Of a stretch of DNA of 64,000 nt, positions 40,255 through 55,289 are shown in pieces. The stretch is taken from assembly GCF_009914755.1 (NCBI RefSeq), contig NC_060928.1; one strand, given 5' to 3'. A program made the translations under genes and the position numbers. The notes under the pieces are model-generated. The model saw nothing but the letters and a program-made list of their open reading frames with translations, had not been told where the DNA came from and searched no databases. Position 1 is the first letter of the stretch. Each line of letters begins with the position of its first letter. This stretch comes from the human T2T-CHM13v2.0 reference genome, Homo sapiens.

Positions 40255-41365
40255 TTGGTGTTCCCTAGAGTTTTATTTTGTGCCCTTTCTCATCTCTCCT
40301 CTTCTCTCCTTACTTACACCACATGTTTTCCCTGGACAATATCATAATCCTTTAATTTCAGATTATATCCATACCAGATGATTTACAAATGAATCTTTAG
40401 ACCTGCTCTCTCTCTTGGGCTCTGGATGCTTACATCCAGCAAGTTAAGAAAATCTGCTTTTTGAAATCACTAAAGCACCACAAAAATTAACATGCTAAAA
40501 AGGGAATGAGTTATGCATAGCAACATTCTTCTTCTGAATTCCATATCTCAGTAATTAACACCAATATCCAAACAGTAACCCAAGCCAGGAACCTCAGAGT
40601 CAGATTTGAATTCATTTTTTCTCACCCACTGTGTCTCTATAGCCTCTAAATTTTTAGATGATGGCACCAAACATTTTCTCCAATATATTCACTTCCAAAA
40701 CACCATGCCAAAGTTTTCTTCAGACCACTATTAAGTCTTACCTTAAGTGGCCTCCCAACTTGGCTTCCAGTATTGTACACCCCAAACCTGACTCCATACA
40801 GTCAGAGGAATATTTCTATAATACAAATTTGCTTATTCCATTCCCTTAATTAAAACCACAACATGATGTCCCATTGTCCTTATGATGAAGTACAAATTAC
40901 TTAAGGAGCTCTACAAACACCTTGGGTATCTGAGTGCAAATGATACCTTGAGACATAATTTCACATCTCCACTTCAAAACCTTACTCTCTCATCATATTA
41001 CATTTTTATTAGAAACAGCAATGTTCTTTTATGCATCCAGAACATGGCTTATGCTATTCTCTGTGCTGGAATGTTCTTCATGCTTCACCATTCAACTGGC
41101 AACTCAGTCTTCAGATTTCAATGAAACTTCAGGTTTCCTCTGTGAAACCTTCCCTGACATCTCACAGACTAGATAAGCAGCCTCCATCATGTGTTCACAC
41201 ACATATGTGTTCTATATTTCCTATGGTAGCTGTCCTCATAATTTATTTTATTCTGATGGTATACTTGTCTGTCTCTCTTGACAGACCATAAGAACTAGAA
41301 AGGCAAGGGCCACATCTGTAGTCTCACCCCTAGTGATCAATTAATATATTTTTGGTGAATAAAAG
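40255..41365 (+). mobile_element. L2 LINE 3' portion
   Basis: cccaagccaggaacctcagagtc, ttcctctgtgaaaccttccctgac, gaaaggcaagggcc; 3' tail atatatttttggtgaataaa. Confidence 0.75.
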
Positions 41366-41879
41366 ACTATGGGTGGAGAACAAACTTGAAGGCTGCAGGA
41401 ATAGATGTAGCATTTATATATTCCTCTGGACTTTAATACTATATTTGCTCATAGAAATTTCCTTCAGATAATAAAAACACCAAGGGTTGAACATCTGACC
41501 TCAACACTATTTTCATTTTGAGTGTATTATAATAATATAACAGAAAACTTCAGTATAAAGTGACTGCCATTATAGTAGATTTCTTTCCAATTAAATTTTC
41601 TGCAACATGCACTTTTTAACTTTACCTTCCACTCACTGTCTGCAGTAAATGAAACTCAAACCTACATGCATCAGTCTACAAAACCTCACATGATGATCAG
41701 GTGATGTTATCTGCCTGACAACATTTTGATTTCACAGGGTTACTTTCTTGCCTCATGTTTATTTGTGAAATTACTTGAATTTTTATTATATTTTGCCTTT
41801 GTTACCCCATAAAAATTTCATTGAAAAACGAACATAACAATGCCAGCACTCATAGATCTAAGTATTACAGGCTCACTGA

Positions 41880-42350
41880 CTTTTCTCAGGACAGAAAGCC
41901 ATGTTTTTCAGAAGAAGTGGGACATGTAGCTGAGTGTGACTCCTGTTTGATAGAAGCCAGTTATAGTGTCCTCTATGAAAAATAATAGTTTGGGCATAGT
42001 CATGTGACTCAGGTGCATCCTTGAATTGTGATAAGAAGTCTTCTGAAGAACATATGGGACAGTTCACATTCTTCTTAAGAAATGGACATAAGGTGCGGGC
42101 ACTTCTTTTTAGTTCGACTTTGGACATTCTTTTCTAAAAGGAAATATTGGATGCAACTGCTGCAGCCATCTTGACTCAGAGAGGTTCCAAGAAAATCACA
42201 CGTGGGCCCACAGAGAGCCATAACTTTACTGAGCTCTGAAATTTTTTAAAACAAGTATTGGATGTGCCCTACTTCAAATTTCTTATATAAACAGACAAAA
42301 TGTCTCCTAATTCTCTATGCCTCTTTTTATCAGTGTTTCTTCTGTTTCTA
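41880..42350 (+). mobile_element. Old MLT1J/K/L-type LTR
   Basis: gtttgggcatagtcatgtgactcag and gcaactgctgcagccatcttg motifs. Confidence 0.5.
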
Positions 42351-44203
42351 AAAATGGTACCCCTACATATATTGTAACTTAAAGATAGAAATTACTAGGC
42401 ATGATAAACCTGTGAAAACTCAAATCCTAAATTTAAGATTCTGACTGAGCTTAGTCTATCAACTATGTATTCAAATATAAAGAAAAAGAATCACATTCAA
42501 GACCATGTGTGAAATGGTAAAATGATAACATAGTTTGCATTAAAAATCCAAAATATAATTAGGAATTTTATATCACTTTTCACTTTATTGTGAATGAAAA
42601 CTGTTTTGTAATAAATAAGCCTGACTTTTTTAACTTCTGTGCCTTCCACTTTTATGTGTATATGTGTGTGTGCATGCATGTGCATGTATGCTTATTTGCA
42701 ATTGTGTAACTGTAAAAGTCCAATCGAATAATATATTTACTTGATTTATATATATATTACATATAATTTTTATTCTGTGTAGCTAATCGTATTTGAGAGT
42801 GAATACAATTGTGATCTCATCTGCTCTTAATTTTCTATCATCATTTCTCCAATGTTTATAAATTCTTCAAGGAGTAATTTTTGTTCTCCAGATAACCTGA
42901 TATAAGCTTACTAAACACAACAAAATCGTGTTCCTCAGTCATTGCTGGGTACATAATTTATTCTGGATAATTTTGTTATTCCTGAATAAAGCAAGGCAGT
43001 GCATTTTCTCTATAATGTGGTCAAGATATGTAGATTCCTAATATCAAATAAAAAAGTAAAAAGAAGCACTACTTTTTTTTTTTTTTTTTTTTTAACCAGG
43101 CCAACATATTCAGGACATAAAAACTGCAATCAGCACAAAAGTTCCTTAAGCCATTTATTAAATCTGTGACTTTCAAATCCCTATCCACTTTTTTGAAAAG
43201 TACTTCTAGCCAAACAGCTTTATTACTGTTTTTGGGTTTTGTTTTTGTTTTTGCTTTTCCAGTGCTAAAATCATGATCCATTTTATTTCTTAACTTGTGG
43301 GGAGAAAAGTTTATGCGTTTTTCCTTCTTACTTGGTTCCATGTCTATCGTTTAATAAGACCAAAAGTGAAGGCACCTCGTTCATCTTACTCCCCTCAGGT
43401 ATATTCTGATTCACAAGGCTGAAAGTCTGCTTGTCTGATTTTCCTTTGGGGACTTTACTGTACTAATGAGCACTCAGGTGTAATTCATTGGAAGAAGTTT
43501 TGCAGGTGGAGGCTGTTTGTTACTTAGGGTGAAAATGAGCATACTATACCAGTGCAAAATGATTTATTACAACTTTTTGCAATACCAGCAAAATGATTCA
43601 TACTTGCCAAGTTTTGCTTTATGCGCAAAACTTTATATTTTAACAGAAGTCACCATATTCTTGATATTAATTGTGGTAGTATTTCCAAATAATATAACTT
43701 CCAGACAATGTTTGGGTGCTACTCAGAAAACTTTTCTCGAGGCAACATGCCAGAAGTATAAATCTTTTGGTAGAAGTCTTGTTAAAAAAATAAAAATTTA
43801 CAATCATATTTTTAAATATCCCATAATGCCACATTATAATCCTATCTACTAGAAAAGATCAATCTCCTTAAAAATATGAGTATATATTCAAGGGCTTTCT
43901 ATTAATGCAAAATTACTCAAACTGCCTTTACTTCCATAGAAATGATGTGATCTCATGTGACATGACATAGTCTGTTCACCATTGAGTTTTACATACACAT
44001 AATATTTTGAACTAAGTATTCCTATATTTAATAGGGTTTTAATTTTAGTTCCTTTGATTTTGGATTGGTCTTCATGTATTTTATGTTTAAAATATTTATC
44101 TTGACATTTGTAGAGGCCTCTCTTATATATGATAGCATATATCATCTCGTTTCTGTAAAACATATAATAAATAAGTCAGTGGTAAAAAGAACCCAGGATA
44201 CCA

Positions 44204-44495
44204 TTTTTTTTTTGAGACAAGTCTCACTTTGTTGCCCAGGCTGGAGTACAGTGGTGCGATCTCAGCTCACTGCAACCTCTGCCCCCCGGGGTTCAAGCAA
44301 TTCTCCTGCCTCAGCCTCCTGAGTAGCTGGGATTACAGGGAGGTGCTACCTTGCCCAGCTAATTTTTGTATTTCTAGTAGAGACAGGGTTTCACCATGTT
44401 GGCCAGGCTGGTCTTGAACTCTTGACCTCAGGTGATCCACCCGCCTCGGCCTCCCAAAGTGCTGGGATTACAGGCGTGAGCCACTGTGCCTGGTC
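44204..44495 (-). mobile_element. AluSx
   Basis: Reverse Alu (gacctcaggtgatcc). TSD cccaggataccatttt / cccagaataccatttt (44496-44511). Confidence 0.94.
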
Positions 44496-45039
44496 CCCAG
44501 AATACCATTTTAAAGAAAGCTGGATATTATTCTTTCCTCAATAGCTTAGCAGGGCCAGTGTTATTGTTTTCTACCTTTATTTCTGTCATCATAATTTGTC
44601 AGAAGGAAACTTCCAAGAAACATTACTAACATTCTGTCTTCTGCATTGGATGAAATTCTATCAGCTGATGGGTTATTAGAGTCTACTCTCTTTCAGTACC
44701 TAAAATGTATAGTTCAGCCATGAGGAAGATTCTCCTCATAATAAGATCTTTGACTGGCATGAGCTTTCGTACTCAGGATAATTCTGAAGCTTTTTCTGGA
44801 GTGGTTTGCAAACATGGCTTTATAGACTCACTGAATTAGAATCAAAGTTTTCACATCACCTTCTCTGGGGTGATGACTGCAGCCTGTCTAGTATCAGACT
44901 AAAGACCTACATTTGGCAATTTTAGTCTGGCAAGACAAAGAAGGCATTGGAGTGGCTGCCTCACTGCTATCAACAATGGTGGTGATGGTATTGTCTGTGT
45001 TAGGGACCAGAGTCTCAGTTTGACATCAGTAAAGCCTGG

Positions 45040-45179
45040 TGATAGTCCCAGTTTTGACACTGACTAGCTTTGAGACCATGGCACTTGCTCTATGTCACAG
45101 GGCTTCAGCTTCTGACATGTATAATTAGGAAACTGGACTAGATGATTTTCAGTACCCTGACAGGAAATTTTATGACTCT
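45040..45179 (+). mobile_element. MIR3/MIRc-like fragment
   Basis: tagtcccagttttgacactgactagctttgagacc...ggactagatgatttt...tttatgactct. Confidence 0.55.
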
Positions 45180-45356
45180 TCAATATCCTTTGCTTTATGA
45201 AAAGATATCATGGTATGAATGTTTTTGCATCTACTTACAGGTTGTAATGAACCATTTGTTTTGGTTGCCTTCTTGGCCCCACGTAGATTTTTAATCACAA
45301 GAAAACCAACATCATTGACGCAATACTTAGGTTGGATGAATAAATGTAATTCTTAT

Positions 45357-45668
45357 GAAGGTTCTGGGGGAGAATCAGTTCCATTTCTCTCCCGTATCTT
45401 TTGGTGGCAACCAGCAATCCTTGGCATTCCTTGAATGTAGATTTAACACTCCAATCTCTGTCTCTGTCTTCATGTGTTGTTCCTCCTATATCTCTGTGTT
45501 CAAATTTCCCTGTTATAAGGGCACCAGTCATGTACCATTAGGGCCCATGCTAAGGACTTAATTTAACTTAGTTAAATCTGCAAAGATCCTACTTTCAGGT
45601 CACAGTCAGAGGTACTAGGGCTTAGGAATATTATATATATTTTTAGGGGTTACAATTCAACCCATAAT
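45357..45668 (-). mobile_element. MLT1C LTR (partial)
   Basis: ggttctgggggagaatc...cagcaatccttggcattcctt...acaattcaacccataa. Confidence 0.82.
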
Positions 45669-46031
45669 GCTCTTTTCATAAGTTGAACATTTTCTTCCAC
45701 AAAAATAGTAAAAACTAATTTGACCTCTATTTTCAAACTTTCAGCATTTAAATTAATATTCTTATCACTGATATGTGCCATACATTTTTCTAAACAATTA
45801 ACCCCTACTAGCTCATTTAAATTTCCATCACAAGTTTAAGCAGCAGAGATTTTAATCTTTTCCTTTCTCTCCTTTCTTCTCACTCTGCCACATCAGTGTG
45901 TTTCCAATCTGTCCTCCAGATCTTCCTCTGTGTTGCCTCTATATACATTCTAGACATCCTTCCTCATTGCTCAAAAGGCATACAAGTGATATTATTTTCT
46001 ACTTGTCATGATTTCAAAAATAAAACTTCCA

Positions 46032-46337
46032 GACTGGGCGTGGTGTCTCGCGCCTGTAATCCCAGCACTTTAGGAGGCCGAGGCGGGCGGATCACTTGAG
46101 GACAAGAGTTTGAGACGAACCTGGCCAACATGGCGAAACCCTGATTCTACTAAAACTACAAAAATTAGCCTGGCGTGGAGGCTCATGCCTGCAGTCTCAG
46201 CTACTCGGGTGGCTAAGGCAAGAGAATAACTTAACTTGAGCCTGGAAGGCGGAGGGTGCAGTGAGCCGAGATCACACCGCTGCCTTCCAGTCTGTGCAAC
46301 AGAGCAAGATTCTGTCTCAAAAATAAATAAATAAATG
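46032..46337 (+). mobile_element. AluSx/Sz
   Basis: Full Alu. TSD aaataaaacttcca (46018-46031) / aaataaagcttcca (46338-46351). Confidence 0.93.
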
Positions 46338-46514
46338 AAATAAAGCTTCCAAATTAGCCTGCTCAAATACATATGAATGGTTATGGGTGTATGAGTTGTC
46401 CTTTCTAGGCCTGATTTTTTAAAGTTGAGGCTTTAGAAAGAAAAATATATGTATCATCTAACTAGAAGGTCTAGTAATTATTTTAATGGAAATTTATAGG
46501 CTTGAATTCAAAAG

Positions 46515-46765
46515 AGTTTGATGATGAATCTGTGCTCTGCCACAAAGTAGCTGGCACACTGAATTTCTTTTAATTTCTGTAAAGTAGGGATATACAGACA
46601 GTAGGTTAACATTATCATTTCACAGATGAGAAACCCGAGGTAAATGAAGGTTGAGTAACTCACTCCAGGCCACACATTTATAAATAGAAGCAGTCCCAAG
46701 CCTGTACTGGAATAGACTATTCTACCTTTATGAGGCTATTTGTAATAATTAAATGAGATAATATG
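46515..46765. mobile_element. MIR fragments in both orientations
   Basis: Minus-strand core catttcacagatgagaaacccgagg lies between plus-strand MIR-like pieces. Confidence 0.6.
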
Positions 46766-47082
46766 TTCTCCCATAGAACTTCTTCACATTTTCTGCTTCT
46801 TTAAAACATGACTGCTTGGCAATGAAAAGGCTCATTTCAGTTATTAGTCACGTTACAATTTTCCTAAAGACCCCTTGTTACTGCGAATCAAAGACCAACA
46901 TTATGTGCTCTTACCTTTGATTAATTCTCATAACCCCAGGCCAGAACTAAACCCAAATTAATAATGAAACAATAAATGAATGAATGAATCATTAAAAAAT
47001 ATGTTTACTAATGTAACAAACGTGTCTGTAATATGCTTATATTTCTTTTTCTGTGTTACATACATTTGAAAATATTTATGAC

Positions 47083-47450
47083 TGTCTTAGCTCATGCTTC
47101 CATAACAAAATATGATAGGCTGGGTGACTTAAACAACAGTCATATTTCTCATAGTTTTGGAGCCTGGGAAGTCCTGGGGTGCTCACCAGTTCCATGTCTG
47201 GTGAGGGTTCTCTTTCTGACTTGTAGGTGGTTGCCTCATTGCTGCGTCCTCACACACATTTTCTTGGTACATGTATGTGAACAGAGAGAGACCTTGTGTT
47301 CTTCTGATAAGGCCTCCAATTCTATAGGTTTAGTACTCTACCCTCTTGACCTTATTTAATTACCTCCTAAAAGATACATCTCTAAAAACAGTTATATTGA
47401 GAATTAGGGCTTCAACATATGAATTTTGGGGTTACAGAATTCCATCCTTT
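47083..47450 (-). mobile_element. MLT1A-type LTR
   Basis: tgtcttagctc...ataacaaaatatgataggctgggtgacttaaacaacag...ttagggcttcaacatatgaattttgggg. Confidence 0.87.
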
Positions 47451-48546
47451 GAGTTACTCTTACCTATTTCACTTAAAATTATTTATATTTAGATAATATG
47501 AGACTGAAAGCAGAAAAAACATGACACAGAATTTAAAATGTATCATAATGAATGAGTTCCATCTTTAAATTTTACAGTAAGTCTTAATTATTCTATAATG
47601 ATTAAAGCATCAGACTATTTTTAGCTTGCCTATGGATATCGGTACTCAGATTTGAATTTTCTTGTAACATTAGGTAGAGACTGTTTTTCCTATAGACACA
47701 AAAACTATAAAAACTGTTGGCATAATCTTATTGTAATTAAATTCCCATTTATAGAAAGTCTAGTGTTTGAACTGAAATTGTTCTATTTCCATAAAACTTA
47801 ATAGGCAGAATCTTATCATCAGTGTTAGTACTCAAATGTTAAAAAGCTCAGACTGTGAAAACATGGTTATATAGTCAATTTCCATTTAAACATAGAGCTT
47901 TAATAGAGGCATCAAATATGCTATTTACTACATTAATACTTTTGCAAGTTTTCTTGAAAGAAGGATTTTACCTTCCTTTTTACAACTGTATTAAAGACAA
48001 TTATAGAAGAGCTCCCTCAATTTTTAGATCAAAACTCATTGCCAGTAAGTCGATTATCCTGCTCAAGTTATGCTTTGAAAGGGAGGCACTGTGCTTAGGG
48101 TGTTTCGAGGAGGAACGTTATATCAGTTTTGAAAGCATCAGGGCATCCCTCACAGTATGAGTTGGTTATATATTCCAGGCATCAGTGGGTCACGGGATAC
48201 ATATACTTTCTCCCATTTTCTATACCTGTACCTCGTCACTTACAGCGTCTTCAGTAAGATGGAAAATACCAATTTTTAGGCCAAAAATATGTGGTTCTTT
48301 GAATGCTTTTTTTTCTTGGTATAGTTAGCAGCCAAATAACGTATTGTCCCTCTTATATATAAAGACATTATCTATAGTTGTCTATTAACAAGGCGTTATC
48401 GTTAGGGTTTTATTTTATGTAGGAGTGATAAAATTACTTGTACCAACCTACATGCTTTTTTTTGGTATATACTTGTGTGTGCCAACCTGTATGTATGTGT
48501 GCTCCAGAGAAAGGGAGAGAGTGGGGGATGTGTGGGGGGCCGGGGG

Positions 48547-48618
48547 GAGAGATAGATAGACAGATACATAGATACATACATAGATAGATACATAGAGAGA
48601 GAGAGAGAGAGAGAGAGA
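48547..48618. repeat. Compound (GATA/CATA)n-(GA)n microsatellite
   Basis: Read directly from the sequence. Confidence 0.95.
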
Positions 48619-49028
48619 TTATGATTTCTTTATGTTCCAATTACCATTTTAGATTCTGAGAACACCAAGATGAACTGGCTCTTCCTTGCTAAAAGTCTGT
48701 CTTCTGGTAGGGAAGACAAAGATGAGCTCGAAGCTGTTAAAGTATTGGTTCTGTGTGAATTTGTCTAAAATAAGAGAATACTTTAATATGCTTTAGTAGC
48801 ACAGAGAAATGCATGATAAATTCCACCCTATGGCTTAAAAAAGAAAGCCGGGAAGAGCTTCACAGCAAAGGTAAATGTGAAGAAAAGAATTAACTTTACC
48901 CAAAGAGAGGTCTTTTTATTTTTTATTTTTTTGTCCTGATTCCTGATTCTTGGAAGGTAACTTCTAAACCCTTCAAATTTCCCGAGTTATAAATGTGTCT
49001 TTGTTATTCACGGTGAACTCTTAGACCA

Positions 49029-49514
49029 TGTTATAGAAAAAAATGTATTCAATGATGCTTGTCAAAGCATGGTAAAAAAAAGACCTTTTTTAAAGGGCTA
49101 GCTGGTTAGATAGGGACCATGGCAATGCAATTTTGCAGTGGGTGAGAAAGATTAGGCTCAACCCCAAATACATGATAGGCAAGTGGCAAATTACATGTAC
49201 AGAGCATGGTGAGTGTTGGTGGATGGAAAATTACTAAGAGAAAACTTCAGAAGTAAAAAATCTTCTGGCTAAACACACCTAACAGAATTTTTGCTGAAGA
49301 TAGACCAGGGTGATTAGACATCATAATGGGATAGTGGAAGATGAGGAACCCAATCAACTATCAAGAGTGATCAAATATCAAAAGTGAGAGGTTCTTGCTG
49401 AACTGATTTAGCAAAGTTTGTTGTTAAAACTGGATCTTACAAGGACGTACAAGATGACGATGAAGAAGTTTCAGGAGCCTGACTAAAGTTTGGCCAAGCA
49501 AAGAATCATTGTCA
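49029..49514 (-). mobile_element. MER31-type ERV1 solo LTR
   Basis: TG...CA termini with a perfect 4-bp TSD acca (49025-49028 / 49515-49518). Confidence 0.8.
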
Positions 49515-49530
49515 ACCACACCTAATAATT

Positions 49531-49705
49531 TTCTTTTCCAGCTTTTTTGAAGTTACATTGACAAATAAAAATTATATATATCTGAGGTACACAAAGCAAT
49601 GATTTAATGGATATGTACAGTAATATGTCCATCACCTCATACAGTTACCTTTTTTTTTTGTCATGAGAACACTTGAGAACTACTCTCTTAGCAAAGTTCA
49701 ACTAT
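49531..49705 (-). mobile_element. L1MA8/9-like 3'-end fragment
   Basis: ttgacaaataaaaattatatatat...tccatcacctcatacagttacc...tactctcttagcaaa. Confidence 0.78.
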
Positions 49706-49718
49706 AAAATTTGTGTCA

Positions 49719-50043
<325 letters not shown>

Positions 50044-50172
50044 TTAATTTTGGTCACCCATATAGCCAATAATTCAATCAACTGTGCCTATCTAATGAAG
50101 TCCCAATAAAAACTAAGAAGATAAAAGTTCAAAAGAGCTTCCTGGTTTGGCAATACTCCATGCAAATTGTCA

Positions 50173-50865
50173 TGAAACCACCTTTGCAAAAGTATAACAG
50201 TAAGAGAAACCTGACATGACTGACTCCATCTTGCTTCTAGCTACACAGACTGGCTGTCTTTGCTCATTCCTGGGCTTGGGCCAAACTAACTTTGGGAGAA
50301 ATTTGGTTTGTAGTTTAAATAATAATACCCCTTCCCCCAAACTAAACTGTTATTGTAAAACTAATTAAATACTACCAAGTTAGAGGGGTGAAAGTGGCTT
50401 GAATTCTAAATAATTACCAGGCATTATTCCAGAAGTCATAAGATTTGCAACATTCCCAATTACTCCTGCAGTAACATCACTATTGGAGAAACTATGATGG
50501 GCCTTTTGAGGTGTCTTTTCAGGTTTGTGCATTTCTAACAACTGGATGGGCCCATCTGGACCCACCAATCAGTCTTGTAGCCCCCACTCGAGAACAGCAC
50601 AAGAGGACAGCTTTGATTCCCTATGATTTCTTCTCCAACCCAACCAATGAGCACGCTCCCTATTCTAATCCCTGCCGACCAAACTATCTTGGAAAAACCC
50701 CTAACCTCCAAGTCTTTGGGGAGATTGATTTGAGTAATAACTCTGTCTCTTGCATGGCATGGCCAGCCTCATTTCAAATAAACTCTTCCTTTACTGCAAT
50801 GCCATGGTCTTTGTGAGTTGGTTTTGTTTGTGTAGTGCACAGGAAGAACCCATTGGGCAGCCATA
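50173..50865 (+). mobile_element. LTR8A/B (ERV1) solo LTR
   Basis: tgaaaccacctttgcaaaa...gactccatcttgcttctagc...gaagaacccattgggcag; perfect 4-bp TSD gtca (50169-50172 / 50866-50869). Confidence 0.88.
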
Positions 50866-52131
50866 GTCACAAAAAGATGAGAAGCAGGTAAGTGTCCCTG
50901 AGGACATAGATCCCTTTTTAGTTTACTTCCCGGACTTCACCCTATCTATCTCTTTCTTTGGCTGGCATGAAATTGTGTCTTTTTGTTATTAAAAAATAAC
51001 AAAACCTGCTATTATATATATATAGGTTTTTCTGAGTTCCTTGAGTTGTTCTAGTGAAATGTTGAACTTGAGGGTAGCTACAGGAACAAGCCTGATTTTG
51101 TAATCAGTTGATACAAATTAGGGTGGCCTTGGGCAAACCCAAAACTTTCAGATGCTGTGTAACATGAGGGCAGTCTTGTGGAGACCACTCCTACACTGCG
51201 CAATTTGCCTAATTCATTACAGCAGCATTATTTAAATTTGTGTTGACAAACTTGTGGATTTTGGTAGCTAGATGGATATTTGCATAGAGAATAAGGAATC
51301 CTCCTACGATGTAATTCACCCTAAGACTGAAATACCAAACTTAGATTGTTAGTGGGAAGGGGTGTGCTCAGAGTGGGCATTCTGTTTTACATTTAATTAT
51401 TATTTTTCCCTTCTAAGACCCATCTTTAGTCTCACTTGAGTCATATGTAAACTGAAGGGAAAAAATGGAGGCATAACAAATTAAAATCATGAGACATAGT
51501 TCAGCGAAAACTATATTAGGCTGCTGAGCACAAATAGCACTGCCTCAGGGCTATTTGGGGCAAATAAGTTGGATTAACTCTCTTACTCATTTTGATCTCC
51601 TGCTATGCCTTTTAGTGTTGTGTAACTTATAAAACTAAAAGCTAAATTTTATGACTTGCTTGCAAGTAGGAGTTTGAATATTATTTTCATTTAACTGTTT
51701 AGGGCTTGATTTGGAAAAGAATGCAATCAGCAGAGAAGCAAGGCATGAGCCACCCGTTACCAGAAATTGAACACAGCATTATTTCTAGAAGCTGTATTGT
51801 GACTTTCCCATTTTTTAGATCATACCAATTCAGTGACTCTGGAGCCAGTCACTGTAGTGGTGACTTCCATTTTCCACAGGTAACATAATGATCTTGTAGT
51901 ACAGGACACTCCTTTGGCGTGCTTGTGTGAGGTAAGCTTCTAGAAGTCATTCCTGGAAGCTTAAATAGGTTTATATGATTAGGAAAAATGAGTCTTCAAG
52001 GCAATTTTAACCCACTTCTTAACCTAGTTATATTCAGTTCAGCAACTAAATCCTGACTGATAAACTATAATGACCTTTTAAGAGAAGATATACAAAAAAT
52101 TAAAGGGAGACATCAAATTCCTTAACTAATG

Positions 52132-52206
52132 TACTCTACCTGGAAGATTGTTAGAAATATAAATTTTCAGGTCCAACCATAGACCTACTGGAATCAGAAT
52201 CTGCAT
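52132..52206. mobile_element. MER5A fragment (hAT-Charlie)
   Basis: cctggaagattgttagaaatataaattttcaggtcc...agacctactggaatcagaatctgcat. Confidence 0.7.
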
Positions 52207-52390
52207 ATATATATGTGTGTGTATATATATATATATATTCTGCACATATATTTATAATCTGCATATATATTCTGCACATATATATAATCTGCATATATAT
52301 ATTTATATTTTTATATATATTTTATATTTATATGTATATTTTTTATATATATATACTCTGATAGACTACATATTAATATATATTTATACA
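52198..52390. repeat. TA-rich low-complexity/minisatellite with repeated tctgca(c/t)atata units
   Basis: Five tctgca-containing units followed by a degenerate (TA)n tract. Confidence 0.9.
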
Positions 52391-52392
52391 TT

Positions 52393-54150
<1,758 letters not shown>

Positions 54151-54465
54151 ATATAAGCCATTTCCTATTTTTTCATCGGACTTATGAAGAGAGTTAAATA
54201 CCAGGGAGTTTTAGGATAACCGTGTAGTCTTGCTCTTCCTGTGGTAACTAAAGCAAACCAAAAAGTAAATCATGATGGGATTGGTTCTGTTAGTCTTTTG
54301 TAAGAAGGTGGCCCAGAATTTCAAGTTTGAGTCCAGAATATTTAGTTAATAATTATTGACATTTAGGCAACATTTATCTAGTGATTGCATGGCAAGCCTG
54401 AGTTTAAAAGTTTTACTTGAATCTAGATTTAACCCAACGACTAAGTTTTGGTAAATAAGATTGCA

Positions 54466-55162
54466 ATTACTTCTGACAAAAACTGCCTAGAGTTGGACCA
54501 AACCTCAGAGGTTAAGAGCATAGTTCTCCACAATATTTGTCTCACCTTCAGATACTAAACACTAATGTAGGGGCCCAGCTTGTGAACAAATTTGGAGGTT
54601 TTCAATATCCACTCAGGTTCAGATAATTGCTAGAATGACTCATAGAACTCAGGTCAGCACCAAACTTATGGTTAAAATTTTATTACAAAAGATACAACAA
54701 AATGAGTGACATTATGCAGACTACTGCCAGAGAAGCTCAACCATGCTCGGTGTCCAGAGTTTTTATTGGGGTTTCATTGTTTAGGCCTTATTGATCTAAA
54801 TATTGTCCATGTGGATGAATTCCATTTCCAGCCCTCTTTCCTCTCTGGAGTTTGGGCTGATATCATGGATCAAAGCCTCAACCTACTAATCACATGATTG
54901 GCCTTTGTCTCATGGACAACCCTCATCTGTGTCATCTTATTAGCATCAACAATGAGAGGCCCTTTCTCAGACATCTTGTTAACATAAACTATCAGGTTTG
55001 TTCCCAGGGGCCCACACTTCTTGTCACTTCAAAAATTCCAAAGATTTAGAGATGAGTTTCCAGAAACCAGGGGCAAAGACCAGCCAAATTCTCTATTTCA
55101 AAGGTTTAGTGGTTACTTCTCAGGAACCAGGATAAAGACGAGCCAAATTCTTTATTATGCAA
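54466..55162 (-). mobile_element. MER21B-type LTR
   Basis: gataattgctagaatgactcatagaactcagg, ggtgtccagagtttttattggggtttcat, ggcaaagaccagccaaattc. Confidence 0.78.
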
Positions 55163-55289
55163 AGATGTAATTAAAAATGTGGGTCTGATTCTCTAGAAAA
55201 TCAACTTAAAAGGAGCTAATTTAACTGAGAAGAAAACCCATGTGTCCTATTTTTTAGCGCTTTTTTTTTTTTTTTTTGACTTTCACCAT

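Noticed and set aside
43517-43852. 111-aa ORF in unique sequence
   Set aside because: Non-ATG start, AT-driven composition (F/I/L/K/Y-rich), no recognisable domain and no exon context.
47855-48160. 101-aa ORF near a slightly CpG-richer patch
   Set aside because: GTG start, no recognisable homology, and CpG density far below that of an island.
51831-51854. 8-bp inverted repeat cagtgact/agtcactg
   Set aside because: A stem this short is expected by chance in 64 kb and has no supporting context.
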